Origin: Clostridia bacterium
GTDB lineage: Bacteria > Bacillota > Clostridia > Christensenellales > UBA1242
Assembly (NCBI GenBank): GCA_045538455.1
Contig: JAZSRL010000009.1
Span: forward strand, 78,875-142,874
Direction of reading: 5' to 3'
Length of the DNA stretch: 64,000 nucleotides
How positions within the stretch are numbered: the first letter of the stretch is position 1; each line of letters starts with the position of its first letter. The notes beneath the pieces are model-generated. The model was not told where the DNA came from and did not search any database. It saw nothing but the letters and a program-made list of their open reading frames with translations. A program made the position numbers and the translations under genes. Shown piece after piece: positions 45,460 to 55,851 of this stretch.

Positions 45460-45967
45460 GCGCGTACAAGCGGATGAACGGTTAGATGGTCTCTTTATGA
45501 CGGAGATGCGTTGTCCGTATTGTCAAACCAAAATGCCGAAAGCAACTTCCAAATGTAAAAACTGTGGATTAACTAAAGACCAAATTTACAACGCAGAATT
45601 GACGGCGCCTTATCGACACGAAGTGCTATTTTCTAAGGTGCGACCGGCGTCAATGCCTTATTGGAAAATGGTCTTGGGTAGTCTGTTTGGTTTCTTTGGC
45701 GTACATAATTTTATTGCGAAGCGTTATTTGCGTGGCGCCATTATGTTATTGTTGACAGTGGCTTACTTGGTGAGTTTGATTATTTTCCCGCCGATGTTGG
45801 GCGAAGCAGAACCAAATGCCATCCGCTATCTATTTGAAAGTCAGACATATTTATTCCCTGGGGATTTATTAGGTATTTTTGCTTTAACTTTATGGGTCTG
45901 GGATTTCTTTGCGGTTGTTTTCGGGCAATATAAGTATCCGGTTTTACCCAAAATAGAGGAAGAATAA
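45425..45967 (+). CDS. zinc-ribbon plus TM2 domain membrane protein
   Basis: CPYCQT...CKNCG, then FGFFGVHNFIAKRYLRGAIMLLL (TM2 signature). Confidence 0.7.
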   Translation: MTTNQSNQPLSKRVQADERLDGLFMTEMRCPYCQTKMPKATSKCKNCGLTKDQIYNAELTAPYRHEVLFSKVRPASMPYWKMVLGSLFGFFGVHNFIAKRYLRGAIMLLLTVAYLVSLIIFPPMLGEAEPNAIRYLFESQTYLFPGDLLGIFALTLWVWDFFAVVFGQYKYPVLPKIEEE

Positions 45968-46395
45968 TGAGTACACAAAACACAAAAACACCTAAGCCTA
46001 AAACCAAAATTTTATTCGTCTGCGCGGGAAATACTTGTCGTAGTCCGATGGCGGAAGTGATTTTCAAACACATTTGCAAAAAGCATCGTCGCACGGGGGT
46101 GGTGGTACGCAGTGCAGGAACGGCGGCCGCGGTGGGTTCGGACATGATGCCGCAGGTGATTATTGCTTTGCAAAACAAGGAAATCCCAGTGCCGAAAAAG
46201 CCGCATATAGCGCGTCAGTATTTACCTAAAATGCAACAGCAGTATGATTATATTTTTGATTTGCGTGATTACAATGACCCTTATGGATATGGCCAAGATA
46301 TGTATGACCAAGTATGCGAAAAATTGTTATTTGATTTAGAAGGTGTTTATCACCAGATTTTTGATTTGCGAAATCCGCACCCCGTGATACCATAA
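45967..46395 (+). CDS. low-molecular-weight protein phosphatase (YwlE-like)
   Basis: ILFVCAGNTCRSPMAE (CX5R-S P-loop), next to rpiB as in Bacillus ywlE-ywlF. Confidence 0.85.
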   Translation: MSTQNTKTPKPKTKILFVCAGNTCRSPMAEVIFKHICKKHRRTGVVVRSAGTAAAVGSDMMPQVIIALQNKEIPVPKKPHIARQYLPKMQQQYDYIFDLRDYNDPYGYGQDMYDQVCEKLLFDLEGVYHQIFDLRNPHPVIP

Positions 46396-46398
46396 AGT

Positions 46399-46836
46399 AT
46401 GATTTATTTGGGTTGTGACCATGGCGGTTTTGCTTTAAAAGAAGCGATTCGTATTCACTTGGAAAAACAAGGATTGGCTTATGTCGATTGCGGAAATACT
46501 CAATTTGATAGCGAAGATGATTTCACCAGCTTTGTGACACCAGTAGTGCATGGTGTTTTAAGTGACAGCGACAACCGCGGTATTTTAGTGTGCGGGACGG
46601 GAATTGGTGTTTCCATTGCGGCGAATCATCATGTCGGCATTCGTGCGGCTTTGGTACATAGTGTGGACTATGCGCGTTTGGCGCGTGAACATAATAATGC
46701 CAATGTGTTATGTCTGGGAGGTCGGTTCATGGATACGCCGGTGGCTTTAACTGCGGTAGATACATTTTTGGATACACCCATGAATCCAGATCCGAAATAT
46801 CAAAGAAGAATGGCTTTGGCCAGTGGAGATAAGTAA
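46399..46836 (+). CDS. rpiB: ribose-5-phosphate isomerase B
   Basis: GCDHGGFALKEAI and VCGTGIGVSIAANH. Confidence 0.9.
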   Translation: MIYLGCDHGGFALKEAIRIHLEKQGLAYVDCGNTQFDSEDDFTSFVTPVVHGVLSDSDNRGILVCGTGIGVSIAANHHVGIRAALVHSVDYARLAREHNNANVLCLGGRFMDTPVALTAVDTFLDTPMNPDPKYQRRMALASGDK

Positions 46837-47738
46837 TGGGTTTTTTTAAAAAAATTTTTAGCGGATTAAAGAAAACAGCCGCGGCAGTCACGAACGGAAT
46901 TGCCGCAATCTTTAATAAAACTTTTGATGATGAGTTTTATGAAGATTTGGAAACCGTGTTAATTAGTGCGGATATTGGTGTGTCGGCAACACAAAAAATT
47001 ATTGAAGATATCAAACAGACGGTAAAAGTTGAAAAAATTAAAACCGAAGAAGAATTGAAAGCGCGTTTGGTACGCAGCATTGCGGAAATTTTGGAAAATG
47101 AAACGCCAGAAATGACGGACCCAACCGTGCTGATGGTGGTGGGTGTTAACGGTGTGGGTAAAACGACTTCGATTGGCAAGTTAGCGAATTTGTTAAAAAA
47201 TGACGGGAAGTCGGTGTTATTGGTCGCGGGTGATACTTTCCGTGCGGCTGCGACCGAACAATTAGTTGAATGGAGTCAACGCGCGGATGTTCGGATTGTG
47301 AAGCAGGGTGCTGGCGCGGACCCAGCTTCTTTGGTTTTTGATGCTTTGACTTCGATGAAAGCCAAGGGTGAGCAGGTTGCCATCATTGACACGGCGGGGC
47401 GTTTGCATAACAAAGTGAACTTAATGGCAGAGTTGCAAAAAGTTGACCGGGTGGTTGGTAAGGTGATGCCGGAAGCTAATTATCGTAAGTTATTGGTGAT
47501 TGATGCGACCACGGGTGGTAATGCGTTAAGTCAAGTAGAATATTTTCATGAAGCTGTCGGCTTAGATGGTATTATTTTGACGAAGTTAGACGGTACGGCG
47601 AAAGGTGGGATTGTAGTTGCCATTAAGCAACAATTTGATTTACCTGTTTGGTATGTGGGTGTTGGCGAACAGCTTAATGATTTAGTGCCTTTTGACGCGG
47701 AGTCTTTCGCGGCTGGTTTGGTTGGCATTGACGCATAA
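46836..47738 (+). CDS. ftsY: signal recognition particle receptor FtsY
   Basis: GVNGVGKTTSIGKLA, DTAGRL and TKLDGTAKGG. Confidence 0.95.
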   Translation: MGFFKKIFSGLKKTAAAVTNGIAAIFNKTFDDEFYEDLETVLISADIGVSATQKIIEDIKQTVKVEKIKTEEELKARLVRSIAEILENETPEMTDPTVLMVVGVNGVGKTTSIGKLANLLKNDGKSVLLVAGDTFRAAATEQLVEWSQRADVRIVKQGAGADPASLVFDALTSMKAKGEQVAIIDTAGRLHNKVNLMAELQKVDRVVGKVMPEANYRKLLVIDATTGGNALSQVEYFHEAVGLDGIILTKLDGTAKGGIVVAIKQQFDLPVWYVGVGEQLNDLVPFDAESFAAGLVGIDA

Positions 47739-48175
47739 AGCTGTCTTTAATCCACGGGTGTTGGTGCAGTAAATCTTGCCAAGTAAAGAAATTAATTCCG
47801 ATGTCGTCTAATCGGCGGCTAAGGTGGGCTGTGGCACGATCAAGGTGACGATAAAATGTGCGTTCCGCGATACCTAGTTGCTTGGCTTGGGCGGGAATAT
47901 TTGCTGCGATGCCGTAGTTGCGGTAGTAACTGCGAATTACGGCTTGGGTATCGGTTGGTAGTTTATCAATGACGCGGTTCAAGCGTAAAGCCAGATTGTG
48001 AATGGTTTGTTGTTTGACATTGAGGTCAATGATTTTGTCGATGATGCGGTTGGTCAACAGTGGTGTGTTGCAACTGCACAGTGCATGGTTGTGGGCGCGT
48101 TCGGCTAACATCGTTTCGTATTCGGTTAGCCCTGGCCAGATCGATAATAATGTTTTTGTTATTGCATTTTCGTTC
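47674..48175 (-). CDS. putative HTH regulator with sigma-70 region-4-like C-terminal segment
   Basis: AKQLGIAERTFYRHLDRATAHLSRRL. The start is uncertain (ATG 48175 or 48213). The 3' end overlaps ftsY convergently by 65 nt. Confidence 0.45.
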
Positions 48176-48217
48176 ATGTATAAAAATGTATCAAAGTGTA
48201 GTGTTACAAACAAGGGA

Positions 48218-48234
48218 TATAGAATTATTCTATA
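48218..48234. promoter_or_regulatory. 17-bp perfect palindrome TATAGAAT-T-ATTCTATA upstream of the LysR-HTH ORF
   Basis: Read directly. It ends 6 nt before ATG 48241 and lies between divergent regulator genes. Confidence 0.5.
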
Positions 48235-48240
48235 CTAGCC

Positions 48241-48522
48241 ATGTTAACCGAAGTTAATTTAAACTTATACAAATATTTTTTTGCGGTGATTGAAGAACGC
48301 AGTGTCAGTAAGGCTGCAGAAAAATTGTGTGTGAGTCAACCGACAGTGAGTTACAATATCCACGAATTGCAACGGGCTTTATGCGAAGATTTGTTTGTGA
48401 TGGAGCGCAGTGGTTTAGTGCCTTTACCGCGTGCGGTAGATTTATACCAAAATGTAAAACCGGTGTACAATCAACTGATGCAAACAATTCAAGACTTTGC
48501 TGAAAATAAACTTAACCATTAG
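48241..48522 (+). CDS. LysR-family N-terminal HTH domain only (93 aa; truncated relative to full-length LTTRs, possible gene remnant)
   Basis: LYKYFFAVIEERSVSKAAEKLCVSQPTVSYNIHELQRAL. No effector-binding domain follows. Confidence 0.55.
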   Translation: MLTEVNLNLYKYFFAVIEERSVSKAAEKLCVSQPTVSYNIHELQRALCEDLFVMERSGLVPLPRAVDLYQNVKPVYNQLMQTIQDFAENKLNH

Positions 48523-49198
48523 CTTCGGCTTTGGCAGAGCGTGGCATTTTATCTTTTTCTTTGATAATTTTATCGACGATGTCTTTTTTGAGTGTGGTAC
48601 GGTTGCGGGCTTGAATTTGGCGGGCGCGTTTTTTTAAGGCTGCGGCGTGTTGCTCGTTGGCGAGAACTTGCAGCTTGGCAGCGATGGCTTCGTATTGACG
48701 ACTTTTACCCAGTTTGAGTTTTTTGATTTCTTTGGCGTCAATAATTTGCCCGAGAAGTTGGTCAATGCGTTTAATGGGGCGGACATAAACATAAATAATA
48801 AATAAAATAATTAAAAACCACAAAGCGAATAAGCCGATTTGCGCAAAGAACAAAGGCGTAAACCAGCCGTTTGTTTCGGTGGCGGTGGTGGTGGCAACTC
48901 CGGCAACGGTCAGGTTGCCTGCGACACGCGGTACGGCGGTTTGAATAAAACGGTTAGCGACAAAATAGATTGCAGTAGCGGCGGTAGTAGTAATGAGTAA
49001 GCCACTGGTGATAGAACGATTACGCAGGAAGCGGGTCAAGGTAATAAGAAAAAATAAAAGGGCTAAACCGGCTAAACCTAATGCAATCCATAAAAAGAAT
49101 GGATTATATTTTTCTCCGAAAGTAAAACACAAAAAAGCCCCTACTACTGCGATGATGCAAATAATTAAAGGGACTTTGGTTTTTTTGCGTGATGCCAT
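48512..49198 (-). CDS. hypothetical membrane protein with coiled-coil-like cytoplasmic tail
   Basis: 228 aa, about 4 TM helices, then a K/A/Q-rich tail. Confidence 0.55.
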   Translation of the reverse strand: MASRKKTKVPLIICIIAVVGAFLCFTFGEKYNPFFLWIALGLAGLALLFFLITLTRFLRNRSITSGLLITTTAATAIYFVANRFIQTAVPRVAGNLTVAGVATTTATETNGWFTPLFFAQIGLFALWFLIILFIIYVYVRPIKRIDQLLGQIIDAKEIKKLKLGKSRQYEAIAAKLQVLANEQHAAALKKRARQIQARNRTTLKKDIVDKIIKEKDKMPRSAKAEANG

Positions 49199-49237
49199 AA
49201 CGGTAGCGTGCGGATTATGGTAGAAAAATATGCGTAA

Positions 49238-50083
49238 TTATTTTGTACCGAATAAAATACCAATGGTATTTTCGCCACAATGTGCTGTGACAGTACCGCT
49301 GGCAATAGTTTCGATAACTTGTTCGAAAGGATAACGCGCTAAAGCTTGTTGTTTGATGTCTTCAACAATTTGTGGGTTTGCCATTTTGGTGTGTGTGATA
49401 AACAAAACAGATAAATCTGGATTGGGGTTCTCGTTTAAAACGGTATCCACATATTGTTTCACACAGAAATTCAAATTGCCACGGAATTTCTTGCCGGATT
49501 CCATTTTACCGTCTTTAAGTAGAATTTGTGGTTTAATGCGTAAGATGCTGGCAAAGAATTTGGTGGTGCTACTACAACGGCCGCCGCGGTGTAAATAAGT
49601 TAAGTCGTCGACGATGAAACTGGCTTGGACTTTGTCAATTTCTGATTGAACGCGTTCCACAATTTCGGCGGCAGAGAGACCTTGGCTGCGATATTTGACT
49701 GCGCGTAAAATGGAAATTGCGGTGCCGGTTGACAAAGAGCGACTGTCAATGACATAAACATTTTCCATTTCGTTGGCGGCGGCTACGGCATTACGGTGGG
49801 TGCAAGAAATTTCTCCGGAAATATTAAAGTGGATTAAGCTGCCACCTGCTGGCTTATGCGCTGTAAAAAATTCTTTGTATTCGGGAGTGCTAATCGCCGA
49901 TGTTTTGGGAGTTTTTTTAGTCGCGCGGAAGTATGCATAAATTTCTTCTGCAATGTTTGGGTGGTCACGACCTTCTTTATCGCCCATAAAGATGTACATT
50001 GGTATGGTTGTTATATCATGTTCTTTTAAAATGTCGTCTGGTAAGTCGCAAGTGCTGTCTGCGGTAATTTTAATGTTTTCCAT
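49238..50083 (-). CDS. DegV family protein (third copy)
   Basis: ITADSTCDLPDD and LTYLHRGGRCS. Confidence 0.85.
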   Translation of the reverse strand: MENIKITADSTCDLPDDILKEHDITTIPMYIFMGDKEGRDHPNIAEEIYAYFRATKKTPKTSAISTPEYKEFFTAHKPAGGSLIHFNISGEISCTHRNAVAAANEMENVYVIDSRSLSTGTAISILRAVKYRSQGLSAAEIVERVQSEIDKVQASFIVDDLTYLHRGGRCSSTTKFFASILRIKPQILLKDGKMESGKKFRGNLNFCVKQYVDTVLNENPNPDLSVLFITHTKMANPQIVEDIKQQALARYPFEQVIETIASGTVTAHCGENTIGILFGTK

Positions 50084-50145
50084 ATAAGCAGCTTAATCGG
50101 TTTTTGGTTGCAATACAACTAAAATTATGTTAATTTGTGTGTGGC

Positions 50146-52161
50146 ATGGAATACAAAGTCAGGTGCGGGGAGTTAACCCCACGGCAACTGGCGGCGTTCA
50201 ACCAATCAGGGTATAGTGAAAAATTTATCCGTTTATTAATTGAAAGAGGTATTGACACCAAAGAGAAGGCAGACAAATTTTTTAACTTCGACCCGAACCA
50301 ACTGCATGACCCCATGTTATTGAAGGGTATGCCGGAAGCGGTGGCAAGGTTGCGCGACGCTATTAACCGAAAACAGAGAGTTTTAATCATCGGCGATTAT
50401 GACGCTGATGGTATCTGTGCGACTGCCATTTTGTATAAATACTTATTGACACAGCGTGTGCGTACTTCTTATTTCTTGCCCGAGCGCGATGCTGATGGCT
50501 ATGGTTTAAATATAGATTTAATCGGTCGTTTACATGAAAAATTTCAACCGGAGTTATTAATTACTGTTGACTGTGGAATTTCTTGTCCGGAAGAAATTAA
50601 GTATGCGCAATCGTTAGGAATTGATTGTATTGTGACTGACCACCACGCGATTCCAGAGCAAACACCGAACTGTATTTGTGTGGACCCGAAGTTTACCGAC
50701 CAAGCATATCCATTTGATGACTTATGTGGTGCTGGTGTAGCTTTGAAGTTAGTGCAAGCGATGGAAGGCTTGGAAGTTGCGAAAAATTATTTTGATATTT
50801 GTGCGATTGCAACAGTTGCGGACATTGTGTCTTTGACCGATGAAAATCGCATTATTGTGCATCATGGTTTAAAAATGTTGAATCAAGGGACTGTGCCGGG
50901 AATTACAGCTTTGGCGCGGGCTTGTAATATCCGTGGAACAATTAAAAGCGGGGATATAAGTTTCCGTCTGGGGCCCAAGATTAATGCCAGTGGGCGCATG
51001 GGCAATGCGAAGCGTGGACTGGATGTTATCTTGGAACAAGATGAAACGCGCTTGGAACGCATTGTTAAAAACCTGTTATATATGAATACAAAACGCCAAG
51101 AATTATGCACGGTGATTTTTAATGAATGTGTTCAATTAATTGAGCAAGAAGGTTTACAAAATGACAGTGCGATTGTGGTCGCGAAACCAGAATGGGAAAG
51201 TGGTGTTTTAGGAATTGTGGCGGTACGCTTAGCTGAAAAATACGGGCGTCCGTGTATCGTTTTAGGCGGTAAAGGTGAAGTATATAAAGGCAGTGGTCGC
51301 AGTATTGCCGGTATTCATTTAGTCGAATGTATTACGAAAGCGGCGGAATGTTTATCGACATTTGGTGGTCATGCAATGGCGGCGGGAATGTCTTTGCCGG
51401 TCACTAAGTTTGAAGCTTTCCGTACTCTTTTCCAAAAAATTGTGACCGAAGCAGCGGCGGCACAGACTGCGGAAAATTGTAAGTATTATGATTTTGAAAT
51501 TAGCGAAAGCGAATTAAATCCACAATTTTTCCAAGAAGTGGCGATGTTGGAGCCGACGGGTTGTGGTAATCCAGCACCGGTTTTAATGACGGTTATGCGT
51601 GAAACGCGTGCGGTAAGTTTGCCAAGTCACCCAACGCATACCAAATTTGATAGTGGGCAATTAAAATACATTTTCTTTGGCGGTGCAGCCTTTAATTCAA
51701 TTTTGGCAGCACCGTGTGTTAAGAGTGTGATATTTGAATTACAGCACAATGAAGGTGCGGCACCACAAGCTGTCGTCAAATGTGTGATTCCGTTTGCGAT
51801 TAACGATGATGAGAAAGCGTTGGTTTTACAAAGATATTTACATGATGATTTAGCGGTAGCGCCAGATCAAAACTTGCAAGAAGTAATTCATAGTTTAAGT
51901 ATTGACAGGTCGGTATTTATTGATTATTATAAAGCAATTCTAAACTTAGTGAGCCAAAACAATTACTGTCCATCGGTTTTAAAATTGTTTGGCAAAATCA
52001 CATTACCAAAGAAAAACATCTTCCAGTTTGTTTTTTGTTTCGCGGTATTTCAACAACTGGGAATTTATGAGATTGTGCGCAACCGTTTGAATATCCACAA
52101 TGAACGCACAACCGAACTCAACAAAAGTGCTATTTACAATAAAATTGTGAATTTAAATTAG
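50146..52161 (+). CDS. recJ: single-stranded-DNA-specific exonuclease RecJ
   Basis: IIGDYDADGICATA, DCGIS, VTDHH and GGHAMAAG motifs. Confidence 0.9.
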   Translation: MEYKVRCGELTPRQLAAFNQSGYSEKFIRLLIERGIDTKEKADKFFNFDPNQLHDPMLLKGMPEAVARLRDAINRKQRVLIIGDYDADGICATAILYKYLLTQRVRTSYFLPERDADGYGLNIDLIGRLHEKFQPELLITVDCGISCPEEIKYAQSLGIDCIVTDHHAIPEQTPNCICVDPKFTDQAYPFDDLCGAGVALKLVQAMEGLEVAKNYFDICAIATVADIVSLTDENRIIVHHGLKMLNQGTVPGITALARACNIRGTIKSGDISFRLGPKINASGRMGNAKRGLDVILEQDETRLERIVKNLLYMNTKRQELCTVIFNECVQLIEQEGLQNDSAIVVAKPEWESGVLGIVAVRLAEKYGRPCIVLGGKGEVYKGSGRSIAGIHLVECITKAAECLSTFGGHAMAAGMSLPVTKFEAFRTLFQKIVTEAAAAQTAENCKYYDFEISESELNPQFFQEVAMLEPTGCGNPAPVLMTVMRETRAVSLPSHPTHTKFDSGQLKYIFFGGAAFNSILAAPCVKSVIFELQHNEGAAPQAVVKCVIPFAINDDEKALVLQRYLHDDLAVAPDQNLQEVIHSLSIDRSVFIDYYKAILNLVSQNNYCPSVLKLFGKITLPKKNIFQFVFCFAVFQQLGIYEIVRNRLNIHNERTTELNKSAIYNKIVNLN

Positions 52162-52178
52162 ATAGTAAGGAGAGAAAA

Positions 52179-53843
52179 ATGAGCAAAAATTTAAGAATTA
52201 GTTTCTTGGGGGGCTTAGGTGAAATCGGTAAAAATATGACCGTTTTCGAATTTGGCGATGACATGATTGTTGTTGATGCTGGGCTTGGCTTTCCGGATAG
52301 TGCGAAAATGCCGGGGATTGATATGGTTGTGCAAGATATCACCTATTTGATTCGTAACAAGAACAAAGTTAAAGGGTACATTATTACTCACGGTCACGAA
52401 GACCACATTGGTGGTTTGCCACACGCCTTGAAAGAAGTGCCGGCTCCGATTTATGCCAGCCGTATGACTTTGGGATTGATTGAACATAAATTGCGTGAAC
52501 ATTCAGGATTGAAAGTTAAAGCGGTTGCTGTGCGTCCGCGCGCGGTGGTGAAGATTGGTGAATTCTCGGTTGAGTTTGTTCATGTGAATCACTCGATTCC
52601 GGGGGCTTTCGCGGTGGCAATTACCACGCCTTTGGGTACGGTTTTCCACACGGGGGATTTGAAGATTGATTTGACGCCAGTTGACAATCAACCGATTGAC
52701 TTGGCGCGCATTGGTGAAATTGGACGCCGTGGCGTGTCTTTGATGTTATGTGAGAGTACCAACATTGAGCGTGAGGGCTTTACCATGAGTGAAACCACAG
52801 TTGGTGAACGCTTAGACGAGTTGTTTGCGCAGTACAAAGACAAACGCATGTTTATTACATCATTTGCATCAAATGTACACCGTATGCAACAAATTTTGGA
52901 CTTAGCACAAAAGTACAAGCGTAAAGTGGCTTTCTTGGGACGCAGTATGATAGCAGTGAGTGATATTGCGATTAAATTGGGCGAAATGAAAACGCGTCCA
53001 GAAAACATTATTGAAATCAGCAAAATTAATGCTTTTAAGAATGAAGAAGTGTTGGTCTTATTAACGGGTAGTCAAGGGGAACCCAATGCGGCGTTAAGTC
53101 GTATGGCGAATGGCGATTTCCCGCAAATTAACTTGGGGCCCAGTGATGCGGTGATTTTCTCGGCTTCACCGATTTCGGGTAATGAAGGTGCGGTGGCCGA
53201 TGTGGTTAATAATTTGGTGCATCGTGGTTGTGAAGTTGTTTATGAGCGTTTGGCGGCTGTGCATGTTTCGGGACACGCTTGTCAGGAAGAAATCAAAATT
53301 ATTCATGCTTTGGTGCGTCCGCGTAATTTTATTCCAATTCACGGCGAATACAAGATGTTGAAGAAGCACTGTGACTTGGCGAAAAAAATGGGGATGCCGG
53401 CGCGTAATGTGCACATGGCTGAGTTAGGTGAATGTTGGGAAATGTCGGCAACGGGCTTGAAGAAAGTTGGTTCGGTGCCACATGGTTCGCGCTTGATTGA
53501 TGGATATGGCGCTGGTGATGTGGATAGTTCGGTTTTGCGTGACCGCCAAGCTTTAGCCGAAGATGGGATTTGTGTGATTGGTTTGGGTTATGATGGTAAG
53601 ACGGGTGATTTATTGTCGGGCCCAGATGTTATTATGAAAGGTTTAGCATACGCGCATGAATTAGAAAAAGTCATTGTGGATATTCGTGGCGTGGTGTTAG
53701 AGTCTTTGGAAAAGATGCCATTCAATGGTAATGATGCGAATGATGTACGCAATCAAATTCGCAAGGATGTACAAAGTTATTTCCAAAAAACTTTTAACCG
53801 CCGTCCGATTGTTGTTTCAATGTTGGAAAAGGTTGGTCAATGA
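52179..53843 (+). CDS. rnj: ribonuclease J
   Basis: LGGLGEIGKNM, THGHEDHIGG and HVSGHA, 554 aa. Confidence 0.95.
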   Translation: MSKNLRISFLGGLGEIGKNMTVFEFGDDMIVVDAGLGFPDSAKMPGIDMVVQDITYLIRNKNKVKGYIITHGHEDHIGGLPHALKEVPAPIYASRMTLGLIEHKLREHSGLKVKAVAVRPRAVVKIGEFSVEFVHVNHSIPGAFAVAITTPLGTVFHTGDLKIDLTPVDNQPIDLARIGEIGRRGVSLMLCESTNIEREGFTMSETTVGERLDELFAQYKDKRMFITSFASNVHRMQQILDLAQKYKRKVAFLGRSMIAVSDIAIKLGEMKTRPENIIEISKINAFKNEEVLVLLTGSQGEPNAALSRMANGDFPQINLGPSDAVIFSASPISGNEGAVADVVNNLVHRGCEVVYERLAAVHVSGHACQEEIKIIHALVRPRNFIPIHGEYKMLKKHCDLAKKMGMPARNVHMAELGECWEMSATGLKKVGSVPHGSRLIDGYGAGDVDSSVLRDRQALAEDGICVIGLGYDGKTGDLLSGPDVIMKGLAYAHELEKVIVDIRGVVLESLEKMPFNGNDANDVRNQIRKDVQSYFQKTFNRRPIVVSMLEKVGQ

Positions 53844-54229
53844 TTGGTATTTTTGCCGGTATCATTATTGCAGTTGCCTGCGTGGATTTAGGTACAAAGT
53901 TTATTTTTGATGGTGTTTTGAACACAGGGATAGCTTGGGGCTTGGGTGCGCAGTGGCCTTGGTTATGGATTGCGATTGTGGTTTTGTCGGCAGTGTTAGT
54001 GGTGTTTTGTATTGTGTGGTATTGTCGTTCGTCACGCCGTCATTCATGGTGGTTTACAGTTGGTTTGGCTTTGTTTGTTGGTGGTGTGATTGGCAACGCG
54101 GTTGACCGTTGTTTGACGGGCGGTGCAGTACATGACTTTATTAATTTTGTACTCTTTAAAAATAACTTGGCAGACATGGCGATTATTGCCGGTGCCATAA
54201 TGGTGGGAGGTCAAATTGCGTTTCGATAA
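53840..54229 (+). CDS. lspA: lipoprotein signal peptidase II (short, 129 aa)
   Basis: NTGIAWG and GGVIGNAVDR...VHDFINF. Confidence 0.8.
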   Translation: MIGIFAGIIIAVACVDLGTKFIFDGVLNTGIAWGLGAQWPWLWIAIVVLSAVLVVFCIVWYCRSSRRHSWWFTVGLALFVGGVIGNAVDRCLTGGAVHDFINFVLFKNNLADMAIIAGAIMVGGQIAFR

Positions 54230-55052
54230 ATATTTATGTGATTTGTATCCAGAAGTCACGCGCAGTCAAATTGTGGCGGCCATTAAGCGCGGTGATTTTA
54301 CCGTAAATGGTCAAGTGGTGAAGGCGGGTTATGACTTACGCGAAACTGATAAAGTAGAAGGGGAACTGCAACCCGTATCCGTAACCGCAGAGCCAGAAGA
54401 CATTGCTTTGGATATTGTTTATGAAGATGAACATTTACTGGTGATTAATAAGCCACGGGGCATGGTGGTGCATCCCGGGGCTGGAATTAAGAATGGTACG
54501 GTTTTAAATGCTTTGTTAGGTCGTGGGCAGGGTCATTTAGAAAGAGCGGGCATTGTACATCGTTTGGATAAAAATACGGCGGGTTTGTTGATAGTGGCGA
54601 AGACGGTGGCTTGTCAAAGTGCCTTAGCCAAAATGTTTGAGACACATAGTATCCAAAGAACTTACTGGGGCTTGGTCGAGGGGAAAGTTGACAGTGATTT
54701 GACGATTGACCGTAATATTGTACGCCACCCGAACCATCGTACTATCTTTACGGTCACGGAAACCGGTGGGCGCCGTGCGATTACGCATTTAAAAGTTTTG
54801 GAGCGCTATGCACGACACACCTTATGTGAATTCACTTTGGAAACAGGACGCACACACCAAATTCGTGTGCATTGTAAGTCGATTCATCATCCAATTGTGG
54901 GTGATCCGGAATATAATAGTGGTAAGGGGCAAATGCTGGAAGCGGTGCGTTTGGATTTCGTGCATCCGATAACTGGGCAACTTGTGCACCTAGAAATCGC
55001 GCCGACAAAAGAGTTTGCCGATACTCGCGATAAATGTTATCATCTAGTATAG
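54216..55052 (+). CDS. rluD: RluA/RluD family pseudouridine synthase
   Basis: S4-like N-terminus, HRLDKNTAGLLIVAK and GRTHQIRVH. Confidence 0.9.
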   Translation: MRFDKYLCDLYPEVTRSQIVAAIKRGDFTVNGQVVKAGYDLRETDKVEGELQPVSVTAEPEDIALDIVYEDEHLLVINKPRGMVVHPGAGIKNGTVLNALLGRGQGHLERAGIVHRLDKNTAGLLIVAKTVACQSALAKMFETHSIQRTYWGLVEGKVDSDLTIDRNIVRHPNHRTIFTVTETGGRRAITHLKVLERYARHTLCEFTLETGRTHQIRVHCKSIHHPIVGDPEYNSGKGQMLEAVRLDFVHPITGQLVHLEIAPTKEFADTRDKCYHLV

Positions 55053-55065
55053 GAGGTAAAATCAA

Positions 55066-55353
55066 ATGTCATCAACAAGAAGTGGGCTTTTGAATGTATT
55101 GTCATACTTGTCAATTGTTGGCGTTGGCCTTGTATTGTTAATTTCATGGATTTTTGAAATGGTGGGATTAACTGCACAAGTTGTTAGTGCTGTAAAACTA
55201 TTGGCAGAAGTTTTGGCTTACATTGTAGTTGCATGTCACTCATTCGGCTACGCTCGTAGACGCGGAGGATGGTGGTTGGCGATTTGGGTCGTTGCCATTG
55301 TTTTAATCGTGGTATTCTTGGTTTTGGGCAATATGAATATTCGTTTTAAATAA
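55066..55353 (+). CDS. hypothetical small membrane protein
   Basis: 95 aa, 3 TM helices, GGAGG RBS. Confidence 0.6.
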   Translation: MSSTRSGLLNVLSYLSIVGVGLVLLISWIFEMVGLTAQVVSAVKLLAEVLAYIVVACHSFGYARRRGGWWLAIWVVAIVLIVVFLVLGNMNIRFK

Positions 55354-55355
55354 AA

Positions 55356-55832
55356 ATGAAACATTTTTTCCAAAATGCATTTACCAAAATAAAGAATTAT
55401 TTTACGGCTAATACTGGTCGTAAAATTTTCTTTTTTGGTGGTTTGGTGGCTACGCTTGGTTTAATCGTTTTGGCAACGCTGCATTTAAGCTTGCCGCATC
55501 TGCGAGACCATTCACTTTATTTTGCATTGCGTGAATTGAGAGTTGGTGTTTGGTATCTTACATTAATTAGTTTGGTTGTGGCGGGTGTTGGTACTTTATG
55601 GGATAGTATGTACACGCGTTATTTATTTTTAAAAAAAGTCCGTGATATGCAATACAACCATTTAAAAGAAATTTACGAAAAGCAAGATGCCGGGGAAGCG
55701 GTGGAAATGACTTCGACATTTAGCGAAGACGAAAAAAAATACATACGCCGCCGCAAGTTGGGATTTATCGGCATAATTATTTTTAAGGTAGCTGCGGTTA
55801 TTGCGTTGTTTTCCTTGCTATTAGGGTTGTAA
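55356..55832 (+). CDS. hypothetical membrane protein
   Basis: 158 aa, 3 TM helices. Confidence 0.55.
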   Translation: MKHFFQNAFTKIKNYFTANTGRKIFFFGGLVATLGLIVLATLHLSLPHLRDHSLYFALRELRVGVWYLTLISLVVAGVGTLWDSMYTRYLFLKKVRDMQYNHLKEIYEKQDAGEAVEMTSTFSEDEKKYIRRRKLGFIGIIIFKVAAVIALFSLLLGL

Positions 55833-55851
55833 ATAAGGTATAATAATCCTT

